Assembly: GCA_025201805.1 (NCBI GenBank) | Contig: MU619250.1 | Span: 148,425-212,424, forward strand | From: Parasitella parasitica NRRL 2501 | Taxonomy: Eukaryota; Fungi; Mucoromycota | Reading direction: 5' to 3' | DNA length: 64,000 bases | Part shown: piece by piece, positions 27,869-40,098 of the stretch | Layout of the letters: the number at the start of each line of letters is the position of its first letter | Numbering within the stretch: the stretch's first letter is position 1 | Translations under genes and position numbers: made by a program | The notes under the pieces: generated by a model | Seen by the model: the letters and a program-made list of their open reading frames with translations, nothing else | Database searches by the model: none | What the model was told of the DNA's origin: nothing

Positions 27869-29593
27869 TCAAAAGTAATGCTGGTTATCTTGCACAGGCA
27901 ATCTCCATTCATTCAGACAATGTCGCTTTACTTGTTCTTGGTCGTACAAGGGTACGAGTTGGCTATTGAAACGAATAAATAACGCGAAAATAGCCATTTT
28001 GGCTAACAAAACTTACGGATTTTTAATGAGCTGGTCCATTTGCTCCAATGCTTCAGTCTGCTTCATAGCAAATCTAATGTTTCGCATCTTGACATAGTCA
28101 ATGAAATCTTCATCTTTTTCTAAACACTGACGAGAAACGATCTTGATTGCTGTGGTGGTTGTGTCAATAGCTTTCATCAATACGTGCACAAGCTGCGTCG
28201 GTTTTTCGTGTATCAGCCCTTTGCACACGATATATCGTTCCGCATTCGCTGGACGACTGCTCAACGGCTTTGTGATGCAAATTTCGTCGAATAGCTGATA
28301 GAGTAACCAAACAAGTCCGGCTGTACTCTCGCTCAGAATGTCAAAGAATTTGCACACAAAATGGCCGCCCTGCTTCAAGCAAGTGAGCATTGTCACAATT
28401 TCACACAACAGCAAGCGCTGAGCTGACAATTCTTGCTGTGCCTCATTTCCTGAGAAGTCGAATCCTCCATCTGCCACTGCTAAATCAACGCCCTTGGCCT
28501 TTGTTTCTTTCAGCACGGTAGCTTCAAACTGCCTAATGTTATCTGGCTTGTATATATCGCCCGTTCCGTCTGCTCCGTCAATCTGGGTCAAGCTATGGCG
28601 AGGGATGTCAGCCCTAAATTTCTCCGCATGCCAGTTCACCTCGTCAGAGCCTTTCAAAGTGATGCCAAATCCATGAGCACTTTCTCCCCAGCTGTAGACT
28701 CGCCATAACAGATACTCTGAAAACCCACCTGGCCCTCCACAGATATCTGCAAACGTAAATTCCTGCTGCCCATTGTTTGTTGCGACTAATCCGAATGTGG
28801 CATCCAATGCAGCTAATTTGGTTGCGGCTCTATTCATGAAAATGGCATTGCCCACTCTTTCGAAGGGATTGCTCTTGGATCTTGCTTCAGTTCGTTGCTC
28901 GTAAGGAATATCACGAATATTTTCCTGTGCAATGTGTTTTAGTCTGTTTATTCTTTATCGCTTTTTTTTTTAATACCCTTAATAGATTCACTTTGTCAAC
29001 AAGCGCCTTGGAGCTCAAAAAGTCGTAATCTGATTCTGTCGTACATGCTGAGCATTCAATCGTATTTACAAGGTCTGTTAATGAAAGGCGCTTTTCACAT
29101 TTCAAAAAATCAGTGCTGGTGCGTAACTCTAATGGTTTTGGCTTGGGCGCTGGTGGTGGTGGTGCATGATGTCTTTGTTGCTGTTGATCTGCGTAGGGTT
29201 GTCTTTGTCGCTGATGTTGTTGCGGATCAGAGGAATAACGTTGTTGCTGTTCATGGTATCTTTGGTCGGGATATTGCTGCTGGTATCTTTGGTCGTCATT
29301 CTCTTGATGATGATTTTGATACCTTCTATTATCGCGAGCCTGTCCATAAGGAGAATGTCTTTGCTGCTGCTGATGCTGCTGATGCTGACTACGCTGCATA
29401 GCAGGATTAAGCCTTGAAAGGTCATTTCCTTGACGAGGGTTTCTGGGGCGATCGCGTACTGACGGTGGACGAATTCCAGACCTGACTTGAGTTGTTCGAT
29501 ATTCAGGGTCGTTATCTTTCGTTGCAAGACTTGTTGTTAATAAATTGTGCAAGTTAGCAATGTAATGTACATACCAGAATAAAGGTCGCTCAT
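27869..29593 (-). CDS. Cap1 2'-O-ribose methyltransferase CMTR1-like (FtsJ/RFM fold) with Q/R/P-rich N-terminus
   Basis: ARSKSNPFE...FMNRAATK, FADICGGPGGFSEY, GFGITLKG, GDIY, VADGGF, FVCKFFD, KPLSSRPANAERYIVCKG, CLNEWRLP. K-D-K-E tetrad intact. Start inferred. Confidence 0.88.
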
Positions 29594-30554
29594 CTTACAT
29601 TAATCAGAAAAGAGCTTTGGAAAGTTTGTTTTGACTTTTGCTAAGTTGGTAGCGAGTCACCTAACGTCGTCAGATGGAGCTTCCATGGTGGAAGCTGTGT
29701 TCCAACCATCACTCTCTCGATGTTCGTGCTAATACCAGAATATCTCGCACTTTCGACTAATAATTGGGCAATAGGTTGCAGCACTTTTATGATTCTCTAA
29801 AATTTATTTGGCTAATTTGTGGAAAATGTAAACTACAATCACTACAACGTTAGAAAGCACAATGGGATTGTATTTTCAAAAGAAATGCTAACGTTAAGGC
29901 TTTCAGATTATACATATCAATTGATTTTGTTATTATTTATTCGTCAGAACTTTATTTATTTGGTATGATTCGCATTTCAGTCATAAAACTCAAAGGCTGC
30001 AGACATTTGGATGTCTACACATTCAGCTAGAGTATCAAGTGAAGTGAATGATCAAAATAACCATATAACGAGCTCTATACAGTCAAAGCATATTGCCGGT
30101 GAGAAATTGATGGGAACAACCATAATTCTATTCTAAATGATTGATGTGATTAACAAATCGCAACCTTGTTTATACAAACAAGCTTAAATGTTGTAAACCG
30201 GTCAGCAAAGATATCCAGATGCGAAAAGTCAGAAATCAGAAACATTTAACAAACGTATTTCCTCTGCAATAGTTCTTGGCCAAAATTATTGGATAACGTC
30301 TGCAAGATGCAAGGAATGGTTTAGTTATGTTGGCTCCATTGTAGTGATTGCACGCTTACTTACTATATTTAGTGGCATAGAGCTACTAAACTATCAAACA
30401 ATGGTAACTATACTCTTTTGCGTGCCATTAATGTATACTACTGTAACCAAAGAGCTCTTTGTATCATCACTTGCAATATTTTTGGATCATTATCTTGTTA
30501 TATATAACAATATAAACGCATTTCTCATGATCAGTCAGCCCCTTCAATATATAA

Positions 30555-31715
30555 ATGAATAAGTTGTCTTTTTACATTAACACTACTTTATCCTCTCAAC
30601 TCATCATGTCAACCAAAAATTCATCAGGAACCCTTCAGACAGATGAAATACTCTGCAAGATACCAGCAGAGATTTTGATGATGGTATTTTATAGCAACCT
30701 TGATAGTAAACAATTGGGCGAATGCAAGCGTGTATGTAAAAAATGGTATTCCACAGCTGAGGATGCCATGTTCAGAATAGTTAAACTAGATTCAACTGAG
30801 CAATTTGGACTATTTCAAAAGGCTTTCGTTAGCGCAGATAGAAAACCTTTTGTCGAGAAATTTACAATCGGCAAAAGCTTGATCAAGCTGCAGTATGATG
30901 TCGATTTTTTGAAAGTCTACAATGAAGTAATGGACCAGGTTTTCACTCCAAATTTGACAAGTCTCGTAGGACACTTTATAAATGAAGATCTATATGAGGT
31001 GTTACTCAGAAATGTTGAAGATCCTAACCTCCAGTTTACAAAGTTGAGATGCATTCCACGTTCTATTTCACCTTTTTCACTAGAAAAGTACTACGAGCTT
31101 GCTCTCAAACTTAGTGGCACTTTGGAGGAAGTCTTTATATCATCAAATGACGATGCTAACTTCAGTTCAATCAAAAGTTTTGGTGAATTCAAAAACCTGA
31201 AAACAACATGTGTTGGAGGATATTTAACTGAGCACAGCTTGACCAATTTGAATGATCAACTGGATACGCATGATGGATTCAAAACATTGGAGTTCTCCAC
31301 CTTTGGTGTGGCTCCTGATGAAGAAGAATATGACATCAAAAACTGGTTTAGTAGAAACCCTCATTATAAAACGGTATCGTCTTTGAATCTTTTGAAAATT
31401 GAGGAGTATTCTGATTGCTCTGCTTGTCTTGAATACTCGTTGACAAAGTTTAAGAAAATCGACAAGGCTAAAATTGAAATGAAAAATTTTGCTTACCTGG
31501 ATAACGCTGACCTAATCCTGAGAAAACATACTGCCGTGCTTGATATGCTGAGAGTAATTCCAAAATACGAGTTTACTTTTCTAAACCATACAAGATACAA
31601 AGATCTCAAGGAAAAACTTATTGCGTATGTTTGTTCAGACAAAAATTCTGTCATGCATACTATCGACTCCCCTGAACTCTTCAAAACTACAATTATAGTT
31701 GATAAGAAATACTAG
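30555..31715 (+). CDS. F-box protein with degenerate LRR-like C-terminus (intronless; likely start at MSTKN ~30606)
   Basis: CKIPAEILMMVFYSNLDSKQLGECKRVCKKWYSTAEDAMF F-box consensus; 386-aa ORF. Confidence 0.75.
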   Translation: MNKLSFYINTTLSSQLIMSTKNSSGTLQTDEILCKIPAEILMMVFYSNLDSKQLGECKRVCKKWYSTAEDAMFRIVKLDSTEQFGLFQKAFVSADRKPFVEKFTIGKSLIKLQYDVDFLKVYNEVMDQVFTPNLTSLVGHFINEDLYEVLLRNVEDPNLQFTKLRCIPRSISPFSLEKYYELALKLSGTLEEVFISSNDDANFSSIKSFGEFKNLKTTCVGGYLTEHSLTNLNDQLDTHDGFKTLEFSTFGVAPDEEEYDIKNWFSRNPHYKTVSSLNLLKIEEYSDCSACLEYSLTKFKKIDKAKIEMKNFAYLDNADLILRKHTAVLDMLRVIPKYEFTFLNHTRYKDLKEKLIAYVCSDKNSVMHTIDSPELFKTTIIVDKKY

Positions 31716-32754
31716 TATTACGCTTTACCCTATGTCACCATGCATTTTTTTTTCTTTTAGCTCCATGACAAACAAGAACATGGCTTTCCCCCCCCCCAAA
31801 AAAAAATTAAAAGGTTTATCCCAACAAACATAGACACAGGTCTCTCAATTTTTATAGTTGAAGTAGTTCAACCATGTTTATAATTGTAATCCGTTCCTTA
31901 AATTGTTGCTACTTGAAAAGAATCTTGGTTTTTGTCAAGTAAGCGTAAAAATGACCTACAGCAATCACCCAAAAATTTTGTTATTAGCGCCACAAAGAGG
32001 ATTAGTAACTTTTTTGGATAATGTACTCTTGAAAACGCATTAAATTGTGATTGTATCGTGTAAGAGCTATGACAGCTGCCGTTTTACATCTCAACACTAC
32101 GAATACAGAACAATCAAGCACGAAATCACCAGGAAACGCAACGATTAAGAAAATCTGAAAATGTTAGCTTTTCCTGCTATCCTATTCTTGACATCATATA
32201 CACAGATATCAATATATATAACGTGATATATGCTATGGGGTTATAGAATATTGTTGATAGTTGATTGTTCATCACATCTCATTAAATTAAGGTGGTAAAA
32301 TTAGTTTTAATGAATCTCTCTATACAGTCTATAGACTCTTGCTTCTGACATGCTTTTATAATAGGTCTACGCATTTTAGTCAAAATCAACCTTTGGATTT
32401 CGAGCAAATTGTCGTATATTAGTTCTGACACTCAACTTCAAAACAATATCATATGTCAAATTGAATAAACCTCATCTTTTAACTGATACGTATAATTGCC
32501 TTATTGGATTTACAATTATCACGACAATAGCATCAGCACTTCATCCTAATGTCAGTTGCTCACAGACTTTGTGTGTAACCATTTTAATTAGTATATAAAT
32601 ATCAATTGTATCTTAAAATAATAAAGGTATCTTTTATCTCATATATAACATTTTACATACTTCCTTATAAATCTACTCTAAAACATATTTATCTGCACAC
32701 GACACTAATTGAATCAATTTTACAAACAACAACTAAAAAAAAGAAAAATTTAAG

Positions 32755-32827
32755 CGATGACGATGGGACTCGAACCCACAACCTCCAGATTCGAAGTCTG
32801 ACGCGTTATCCATTACGCTACGCCACC
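32755..32827 (-). tRNA. tRNA-Arg(TCG)
   Basis: GGTGGCGTAGCGTAATGGATAACGCGTCAGACTTCGAATCTGGAGGTTGTGGGTTCGAGTCCCATCGTCATCG: 73-nt cloverleaf, anticodon TCG, GGTTCGA T-loop, downstream poly-T. Confidence 0.96.
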
Positions 32828-33305
32828 TGCCTATGCAGATTCTAAAAACTGTATTATTTAATAAATAAAATACAGTGTGAAAAATCACGTGATACTTTGT
32901 AGAAGATTACAGTTTATATATTTTCGACTAATTTCACCAGCTATTTTTTCTGATGAAAATACATTAGATGGCAGCTACAAGCTCTATAAAGTCATTGAGT
33001 GTGTCATTGAGCATTTAATTGGTTGAAGGGGACAAATTACGTGAAAATTAGGTGCATTGGTGATGGTGTCTACAAAATGTAATACCCCATTTATCGTGCT
33101 TTTTATAATGTCCTATGGCGATAACGCTTGTGCGGGAAAACGCAAGTGCAAAAGCTATCTGATGAGAAAATGAAGGCAAAAATGAAAAAAAATCATTCAA
33201 TAGCATTACTTTGCGAATTTTTTTGCTTGGTAATGTCTCGTATTGCAGATACTCACAAATTTAACTTTAATAGTGTAAAAAAAAGCAATGCAAAAAATGC
33301 ATGTT

Positions 33306-34822
33306 TCAAGATCGGAAAACATGCACCAACTTCAAAATAGGTTCACGACAGATTGGACATTCGTTCTTTGATTCGATCAACTGTATAGCAAAAAGAAAAA
33401 AAAAACCAAGATTAATCATCTCTTTCCCTACATATACTATGAAAAACTCACCTTTTTAGCACATTCCATACAAGTTACCATATGCCCACAGTCTAGAAAC
33501 ACACAATTTTGCTGAGCATCCATACAGATTCTACACATAGTATCCTCGTTTCCTGATGTACCACTAGTGCCACTATCACTACCATCATTATTGGCGTGTT
33601 CAGTCTTATATGAATCGACCAGCCTAATCACAAGCTTGACAAGTTCTGATTTTTCAATGACATGAGATTGCTCCACATAATTTGCTTTCAAGATCGATTT
33701 CAACGTTCGTACAGATAATGATGCAGGATCAATTTTGGCTTTTACCATATCATGGAGCGATAAAAGATTCTCACTATTAGGTATTGGCGGTGATGATGGT
33801 TGAGGAGGGTTGTAATGTCGTCCCTCTCTTTGCCGCTGTTGCTCCTGCTGTCGCATATACTGTTCTCTTTGCCTTTGATGTTGCTGTTCCCGTTCCCGTT
33901 GCTGTTGCTGTTGTTGTTGTTGTTGTTGTCGCATATACTGCTCCCTTTGTTGCCTCTGTGTTCTTTGCTGTGTCTGCTGTTGCATTCGTCTATTCTGCTC
34001 CTGCCTTTGTCTTTGTTCCTGCAAAATACGTCTAGACTCTTGTTCCCTTCTTTGTTGCTCATTGTATGATGTGTTATTATTAGATTCTTGGCAATTTGAA
34101 TTCGGGGTAAACAGTTCCTGCATCATGTTGGAAAATGAAAAGCTTTTTTTATCATTATCAGCTAATTCACTTGTCGGTATTGCTTTTTTTTGACGATTTC
34201 TTCTATAGTGTTGTTCATTGTCATTGGATATAGGCCTTGTATTGAAGATAATACTAACTAAGTCGCTTTTTTCCAACGCCATTTTCGAGGGTAGTTGATA
34301 GGAAGCAATGTATTCTTTCAACTCTTTTAGAGATAATTCTGATAGTCTTTCAGATCCCATATTTTGCATTTGTATCAGCCTCTCGCAAGTGTCACAGCAT
34401 CTCACAGGACTTGATCAAAGGATTAGTCGATTGTTTTTTTTGACACGGAAGGAGAGAAAGAAACACTTACTTGTCATAGCCAAATTTTTTGAGTGCATTC
34501 TTGTGATCTGAACAACTAGAGCACACAACATTACCTTAAAATGACAATTAGTACATGATGGTCTGTTGTTTTTTCCATGTAACATGTACCTACCGCAGTT
34601 TCGACAGTGATATTTTTGTTTGAATAAGCTGAATTCGTCTCCACATTCGTAACAATGTTTAGTTGAATTAAAAGACTTTAGTTTTGGGACCACAAAAACA
34701 CCTCCCGGGCCAAATGTATTTGCGTTTGTTTGCGACAGTGTGAATGGATCTAAAGAAACAAAATTCGGAAAAAGTGGTATAAGAAGCGAGAAAACTGAAT
34801 CAGTCTTTTGAGCAAGATACAA
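33306..34822 (-). CDS. FYVE-type Zn finger + two SAP/HeH-like repeats + C-terminal RING (RNF34/RFFL-like E3 ligase); start uncertain
   Basis: CYECGDEFSLFKQKYHCRNCG..C..C...CCDTC; LSLKELKEYI...EKSDLV and LSVRTLKSIL...EKSELV; CRICMDAQQNCVFLDCGHMVTCMEC...CPICR. Confidence 0.85.
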
Positions 34823-35314
34823 TCATCTATTATATTAGTAATGTGACCGCCCAATACCATAAGACCTCGTCTTGTGCACCTTGAGCTTCGGGGCTGCTTC
34901 TCAATTATGAAACTATTCGCAACAGCTTCACAACAATACTTATAACAGCATATCTTTCAGCTGTTCTAAAAAAAATTTGGATTAAACAGACTATAAAAGG
35001 CCACAAATTTTTTTTAAAGCGAAAACAGCCAACTAAGCAGTATTCGAAACATCAAATGCAATTAATGTATCAAGGTTCATAGTTTAGTCGTGTATAATAC
35101 AAGTTACCACAGGTAAATTTCTATTCATATGATGGTAGCAATGATTAAAAAAAGGTTATGGCCCTTGCTTTGTATATGAGATTGGGCGATACAATATTAT
35201 TCATATATACTTTTGAGTAGTCTCTTTCGCATGTATAACGTTAATACCAATTGATATACCTCATAATTCTTATTACTGCATATTGTTTGATAATTTTCAG
35301 CTGCATCATATTGT

Positions 35315-36276
35315 TCACCATTCTAACAAGGATTGGCAAACATTTGACCTTGATCTAACTTGAAATTTCCCTCTAACAAGGTCCCCAGTAACTTTGTTGT
35401 CTTCCAGACTATTTACTAATATATCTTTACAGTAACAGGGTTTCACTCTACCATACCAGATGGCACGATGGCCATTTAAAGTATAGATAACTAAATTACC
35501 AGCAAATGCGTGCCCTAGAATCTTTACTCAATCAGTATATATTAAATCCATAATACTATATCTAATAAAAACCTCCTAAATGGCTAACAAGGGCAATCTT
35601 AGTTGTTCTTTCATCTTTATCTGCACTCAGTGATGCTTGTTCAAGTGCTTTCTGCAATAAGGACCCAACAGTTCCACAACGACGATCTTTGTTGGCATGG
35701 CCACAAACCAAGATTAAGTTTGTATAGGGACAAGAATAAACGAAAAAGCCTAGTGATATGGCTTTCCGTAGATGTAATACAACAAGGCATCAACTCTTCT
35801 AGGGGTTATGTTTGATACAATGATATTATCTGGTAAAAGCAGAACGTCTGTGCCGGATGATGTCGAATGTACAGAAGGTAACGAACAATTTTTTACAATC
35901 ACACGTTGGGTTCCTTCTCCGTCTTTCGCTTCTACATTGTTGCATCCAACAGGGTGATACCTATTCTCAAATGATCTCTGATCAAGTTTTTTTCTTTTTC
36001 GTAAAGCGTCAATAAATGCTCGTGCTAGCCCTTCATCTTCGATATGAGCAGGCCAGTCAGTTTTACCTGTCATAATAGCAATATGAATAGCATAAGGAGA
36101 CACAGTACTTTTTAATGGTTTTGTTGTGTCAATCTTTATATTGAAAGGTATCAAAGGATGTGAGCAAGGCTTATCACATTCTTTGAATTCAATGGGTATA
36201 ATTGGATTTAATTCTTGGATATCGAGAGGCGAGAAGACGAATACAAATTACTTAGGCAGTCGACAAGCCATTTCAT
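35315..36276 (-). CDS. Sucrase/ferredoxin-like thioredoxin-fold [2Fe-2S] protein (Apd1/Aim32 family); start uncertain
   Basis: TGKTDWPAHIE, DVLLLPD, ILVCGHANKDRRCG (CX8C), SHLGGHAFAGNLVIY (HX3H), WYGRVKP. Confidence 0.88.
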
Positions 36277-36449
36277 TTCAGCTAGACATTTATAATATAT
36301 CAAAGAGAGAGAGAGAGAGAAGTACGATCATGTAATGCCTCAGTCTTTCCAGTATTTTATTGAGTAAAATCATATGTAATCAGATCTGGTTTTGAAGCTC
36401 CGGATGCTATACTTTCTGATATCACCATGGCAACAGGAGACCAGATCAT

Positions 36450-36874
36450 TCAACAACGTTTGCATAGATCACAAAATGTAGCAAGCTCAATATCCCTAGT
36501 TGATAAACCACTACAATCATGTGTAGATAATGTGATTTCGACTCTGTTGTAAACCTACGAAAACACTAATTAGTTTCGCTGTAAAAAAATTATTTGCAAT
36601 CATTTTATTGATTTACATTGAACCATTCAGGATGGTGAGCAAGCGCATCTGCCTTCAATGCAACACGTGTCATAAAACCAAAGGCTTCGTTAAAATCTTG
36701 AAATGAATACTTTTTAATGATGGCATCTCTGTTTTCTACCATGGCCCAGCCGGAGGAAAGCAATGGAGAAAGAAGCTGATCGCGTTGAGCCTGAGTAAGT
36801 GTTGATACAGACATTTTTGAAGAATTATAGAAGAGAAAAGGGTTTGCCAACGCTCGTTTCAAGCCTAGAAGCAT
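36450..36874 (-). CDS. Pterin-4-alpha-carbinolamine dehydratase (PCBD)
   Basis: [58 protein letters not shown]; 2 exons. Confidence 0.95.
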
Positions 36875-37254
36875 TTTTTATGTTAAGATCTAGTTTCCCA
36901 CGGTGTTGGTGAAAAGAGATTGACATGCCTGAAAAGCTATTAAATCACCCAAATGCCCGGCATTCAAATTTTATAGTGATATTGATGTCGGCTACTTTTT
37001 CACAGTAGCTTATATAAAGAAAAACCACACAAAAGAATGTGAAGTGTCAAACTGTTTTTTTTCATGTACCGAGCTTTCTGTACGTCTATAAGTGCTCTTA
37101 TCGATGACCCAATATATAGACCAGAATGACCCAGAATCAAATGCAAGGTGCTTTTTCCACTTTGGGTGACTCGGTAAAAACTGCTTCAAGTACGATTAGC
37201 AAACGTTCATCTTTTTTTTTATCTGAAAACCTTTGTTGAGAGCCAATAATTAAA

Positions 37255-38100
37255 ATGGATAAAAAGAGTAAGTATACTTTAGAGTCGATGAAATTGATGC
37301 TAATGCGGTAGTAAATTAGAATCTCAAGTTGAAAGACCCATTGTTTTCTTTGACGTTTCGATTGGTGATGTCCCTGTTGGGCGTATGAAGATGGAGCTTT
37401 TTTCTGATATCGTTCCCAAAACAGCAGAAAACTTTAGGTAAAGGCAATCTAATGATTTAAGCTTTTTTCTTCTTTCACTAATATAACTACCGATACGCGT
37501 TTATTTTGTGCTAACAGACAGTTATGTACAGGCGAATACAAGTAAATTCAACCTTGACATTTAGCATTTGCGCTCGACCATTACAACTAACAAAATACAC
37601 AGGAAAAATAACCAACCACAAGGATTTAAAAACTGCTTATTCCACAGGTAACTGGTAGAGCAATTAACCTCATATATCTCTACTTACGGTATACCGAATA
37701 TGTAGAGTAATCAAGGATTTCATGGTACAAGGTGGAGACTTTTTAAAGGGCGATGGCACTGGATCAATGAGCATATATGGCGATAAGTTTGAAGATGAAA
37801 ACTTTGTAGAAAAGCATAGCGGCCCAGGATTATTATCTATGGCTAACTCGGGAAAAAATACAAACGGCTGTCAGTTTTTTATTACTTGCGATGCATGCGA
37901 CTTTTTGGACGGAAAACATGTTGTATTCGGACGTCTTGTGGAGGGTCTTTTAACTCTTCGTAAGATTGAAAATGTATCAATTGGACCCAATAACCGCCCC
38001 AAATTGCCTGTCAAGATCACTGGTAAGCTTACTTTGATAATAATGCTTAATAATTTTATTCAATTTTGTTTTTATTTATTTAGAATGTGGACAGATGTAG
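37255..38100 (+). CDS. PPIH: Cyclophilin H (U4/U6 snRNP-associated PPIase)
   Basis: [10 protein letters not shown]...[81 protein letters not shown]. Confidence 0.9.
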
Positions 38101-38153
38101 AAACAAGGATTAAAATGTGTAGGAATATAAAAATAGCGTATAATTAGAAAAAG

Positions 38154-39445
38154 TTACATCCCTGGAGGATGTTGTCCATTTTGTTGCTGCTGCTGCTGCT
38201 GCTGTTGTTGTTGTTGTTGTCTTGCTAAAAACAATCTTTGCTGTAAATCTCTAACTGCATTCGGTTGTAAATTCATATTCGCGAGATTGGCCATGTTTAT
38301 ATTGTTCATTCCAAGCATGTTGTTTGCATTCATGTTATTCATGTTGTTACTACCGAGGTTGATATTAGATAGTAATAAGCTATTGGCATTGAGTCCTACG
38401 TCAGAAACTTGTTAGTATAAGCTGAATACATTCACAAACTTAACTTCACAAACCATTCATATTCTGCTGACCTGAAGTTTGCTGTCCCTGATTTTGCGGT
38501 TGTTGACCCTGCTGGTTTTGCTGCTGAGCTGTCTGCTGTCCACCAGAGGCAGGGCTGCCCATTCCTGCGCCATTCATCATTTGCTGTTGTCTAAGGGTAT
38601 TTTGTAAATGTTGTACACTGGGGTTGTTTGTGGCACTCAATAAGCTTAGATTTGCTGTATTTTGCAGATTTGCCAGCATGGCTGGGTTGATGTTACTGCC
38701 GGAGACAGCCGCTGATGAGCCAGGTGCCATACTTTGAGGAATAGCTCCTGGTGGCATACCATTAGGGGGGACAGTAGTGCCCCCACCTGCGTTCAAGTCT
38801 GGAAGAGGTACTCTTGTAAACACAATTCCAATCAGTTTACCACCCGTATGAGTTAATACGACGCCATGAGGCGGTTCTGACCCACCACCTGGTTGAGTGG
38901 CACCAAGATTAAACACAACGGTTGCAATCTAATGTAGTATTTTTTTTTCTTAGCGTTTTCCTTCCCTTAAATATACAGCTCAATATAATTGCTTACATAT
39001 TTCTTTTGCTCTAGATTTCTGACCAACAATGTAAAATTGGTCTGGTCTTGCTGGCTACTGGTATTCAGTGGTCTAAACTGACAAAAAGGCAGCTTATTCT
39101 CTATAGCTTGTCTTTGTAGAATTTGTGCTCTCGATAAAGGCGATCGTCCTGCAATCTGAATTCGTGTTGGCCATATATCGGGTCGACTAAAATAGTTAGG
39201 GACATTAAAAAATCAAAAAAGTCAAGTATCAGAAAACTAACACTTACTATTCATCTAAGCTAACACTGTTACCCTTTAAAGTTATCGCAAATGCACCACA
39301 ATGGCAGCTAAATTCCTGCAATTGGCCTTCTGGAGTTTTTATATGCCACACGATTTGACCAGTCCATATAGGCTGAGTAGGAACAACGCCTTGCTGGCCA
39401 GATTGATCTTGCAATTGTTGTTGATTCAATGTGCCACTTTGCTGT

Positions 39446-39483
<38 letters not shown>

Positions 39484-40056
39484 AGCTTGTTGTTGTGCTT
39501 GTGCCTGTTGCTGCAATAACTGCGCCTGCAACTCATTAATGTTTGGAGGCCTCGCACCTGGTTGTTGAGGGCTTTGCTGATTCCTTTGAGCTAATTGAGC
39601 CGCGATTAACATGCGCTGCTGAGGAGTCAAATTAGCGGGTATCTGTGCATTGGTTATACTACCAAGATTGAGCTGTTGTTGCATTTGATTTTGCATTAAA
39701 TTATTAGGTGTATTGTTGTTATTCATGTCAGGCGTTGAAGGCCTTACTTGCATCCCATTAGAATTAGCTGCATTCCCAGCAAAAGGCATAGGAGAAGCGT
39801 TAGGCGCTTGTGCTGTTGTATTTATACCACCGGGAGGTTGCGAAGATCGACGTAATTGATCCCCTAATTTTAAGAGTGTAGCTTGAATTGTTTGCAGCTG
39901 ATTTTGCTGCACAGGTGTCAAATTGACACCTTGAGCAAGCAGATTGTTTCTTTGTTGCAAGAGAAATTGCTGTAATTGATGGGGGTTTTGCATACGGCCA
40001 GCCAGTGTCTGTTGTAGCTGAGGAGGTCTTTGCTGCTGTTGTTGTTGCTGCGGTGC

Positions 40057-40098
<42 letters not shown>

